DNA of 64,000 bases from an uncultured Actinomycetes bacterium (GTDB lineage: Bacteria > Actinomycetota > Thermoleophilia > UBA2241), in contig CAVWIH010000017.1 in assembly GCA_963755025.1 (NCBI GenBank), positions 1-64,000 of the forward strand. Direction: 5' to 3'. This document shows, one piece after another, positions 62,790 through 64,000 of the stretch. Position 1 is the first letter of the stretch; every line of letters starts with the position of its first letter. The position numbers and the translations under genes were made by a program. The notes beneath the pieces were generated by a model. The model was not told where the DNA came from and searched no databases. It saw nothing but the letters and a program-made list of their open reading frames with translations.

Positions 62790-64000
62790 ATGTTCGAAGT
62801 CGTCAGCAACGAGGAGATCGCCCCCAAGCTCCATCGCATGGACATCCTCGCGCCGCGCGTGGCGCGTGCCCGCAAGCCCGGCCAGTTCGTCATCGTGCGC
62901 GTCGGCAAGGGCGCCGAGCGCATCCCGCTGACGATCGCCGACGACGACCCCGCGGCCGGCACCATCACCCTCATCATCCAGGCCGTGGGGCGCTCCACGC
63001 AGGAGATCGTCGCCACCCCGGTCGGCGGCGCCCTGCGCGACGTGGCCGGCCCCCTTGGGCAGCCCACCCACATCGACAACTTCGGCCACGTGGTCTGCGT
63101 GGGCGGCGGGGTGGGCACCGCCGTGCTGTTCCCGCTGGCCAAGGCTCTGGCCGCCGCCGGCAACCGGCTGACCACCATCATCGGGGGGCGCAGCGAGAAG
63201 TTCGTGGTGTTGCGCGACGAGCTCGGCGCCTTCTCCGACGAGCTGCTGTGCACCACCGAAGACGGCTCGCTGGGCGAGACCGGCTTCGTCACCGCGCCCC
63301 TCAAGCGTCTGCTCGAAGCCGGCGACGGCGCCCGCCCGCAGGCGGTCTACGCCATCGGTCCGGTACCCATGATGAAGGCCGTCTCCGAGCTCACCCGCGC
63401 CTACGGCGTCAAGACCATCGTCTCGCTGAACCCGCTCATGGTCGACGGCACCGGCATGTGCGGCGGCTGTCGGGTGACGGTGGGCGGCGAGATCAAGTTC
63501 GCCTGCGTCGACGGCCCCGAGTTCGACGGCCACCTGGTCGACTTCGCCGAGCTCGCCGGCCGCCAGGCCGCCTACCACGAGCTCGACGAGCACGGCTGCC
63601 GCATCGTCGACGCCGAGGGCAATGTCGTCACCAGCGCCGCCGCGGCCAAGGCCGCCCGCAGCCGCCGCCTCGGCCGCCGCGCCCGCCGCCTCCGCGTCCG
63701 CCGCCGCCGCAGCCGCCGCGCCCGCCGCCCCGGTCCTCACGCCCGCCCCCGCCGCCGCCTTCGCGGTGGCCGCCGCCGCCGACGCCCCGGCTCCCGCGCT
63801 CACCGCCAAGGAGCGCATGGCTATCGGGCGCGTCGCCATGGTCGAGCAGGACGCCGAGCAGCGCAGCCACAACTTCTCCGAGGTCAACCTCGGCCTGCCG
63901 GCCGACCTCGCCGTGCTCGAGGCGCAGCGCTGCATCCAGTGCAAGAACCGCCCCTGCATGAGCGGCTGCCCGGTCGAGGTGCGCATCCCCGAGTTCCTCG
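62790..64000 (+). CDS. NfnA (SudB-like) fused through an Ala-rich linker to NfnB/GltA-like N-terminus; +1 frameshift ~63657; truncated by window end
   Basis: PGQFVI, ERIPLTIAD, GPLG, GGGVG, DGTGMCGGCR, CVDGPEF; then in the next frame RSHNFSEVNLG..EAQRCIQC..PC-x-x-GCPV. Confidence 0.9.
   Translation, partial: MFEVVSNEEIAPKLHRMDILAPRVARARKPGQFVIVRVGKGAERIPLTIADDDPAAGTITLIIQAVGRSTQEIVATPVGGALRDVAGPLGQPTHIDNFGHVVCVGGGVGTAVLFPLAKALAAAGNRLTTIIGGRSEKFVVLRDELGAFSDELLCTTEDGSLGETGFVTAPLKRLLEAGDGARPQAVYAIGPVPMMKAVSELTRAYGVKTIVSLNPLMVDGTGMCGGCRVTVGGEIKFACVDGPEFDGHLVDFAELAGRQAAYHELDEHGCRIVDAEGNVVTSAAAAKAARSRRLGRRARRLRVRRRRSRRARRPGPHARPRRRLRGGRRRRRPGSRAHRQGAHGYRARRHGRAGRRAAQPQLLRGQPRPAGRPRRARGAALHPVQEPPLHERLPGRGAHPRVP

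Overview
High-GC bacterial chromosomal window. The gene content (actinobacterial-type HtrA, PBP2 and SigB-like promoters, plus PFOR, NfnAB and cobamide salvage genes) suggests an anaerobic or facultative Actinomycetota, possibly Thermoleophilia-like; this is inference only. From left to right: (1) a stress and envelope cargo block (DUF1059-like protein, GAF-PP2C phosphatase, Hsp20, PBP2, HtrA, RsbW-like kinase) ending at a 59-bp tRNA-Leu(CAA) 3' fragment that looks like an att site; (2) hypothetical genes; (3) a glutamine amidotransferase, a peptide-binding protein interrupted by a complete 1355-bp IS5-family element, and an asparaginase; (4) PFOR, a DHODH-like gene and an APC permease; (5) lipoprotein, GNAT, FMN-binding protein, HtrA, MFS and AEC genes; (6) three secreted modular proteins sharing a basic C-terminal domain, around a two-component pair; (7) a glycosylation locus in which a whole ABC transporter gene is repeated almost identically (1815 bp) around a two-glycosyltransferase cassette; (8) an APC permease and acetamidase; (9) a candidate ~255-nt structured RNA ahead of an atypical transaldolase, PLP aminotransferase, transketolase and HAD cluster; (10) a SigA paralogue with an altered region 2.3 followed by an NTF2/SnoaL-like gene; (11) cbiZ, cbiB and a fused nfnA-nfnB that runs off the window. 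About nine apparent single-base frameshifts, mostly in short homopolymers, suggest long-read consensus errors, so pseudogene calls are cautious. No CRISPR array, rRNA or intact tRNA was seen. All family assignments come from motif recognition by eye, not from database searches.
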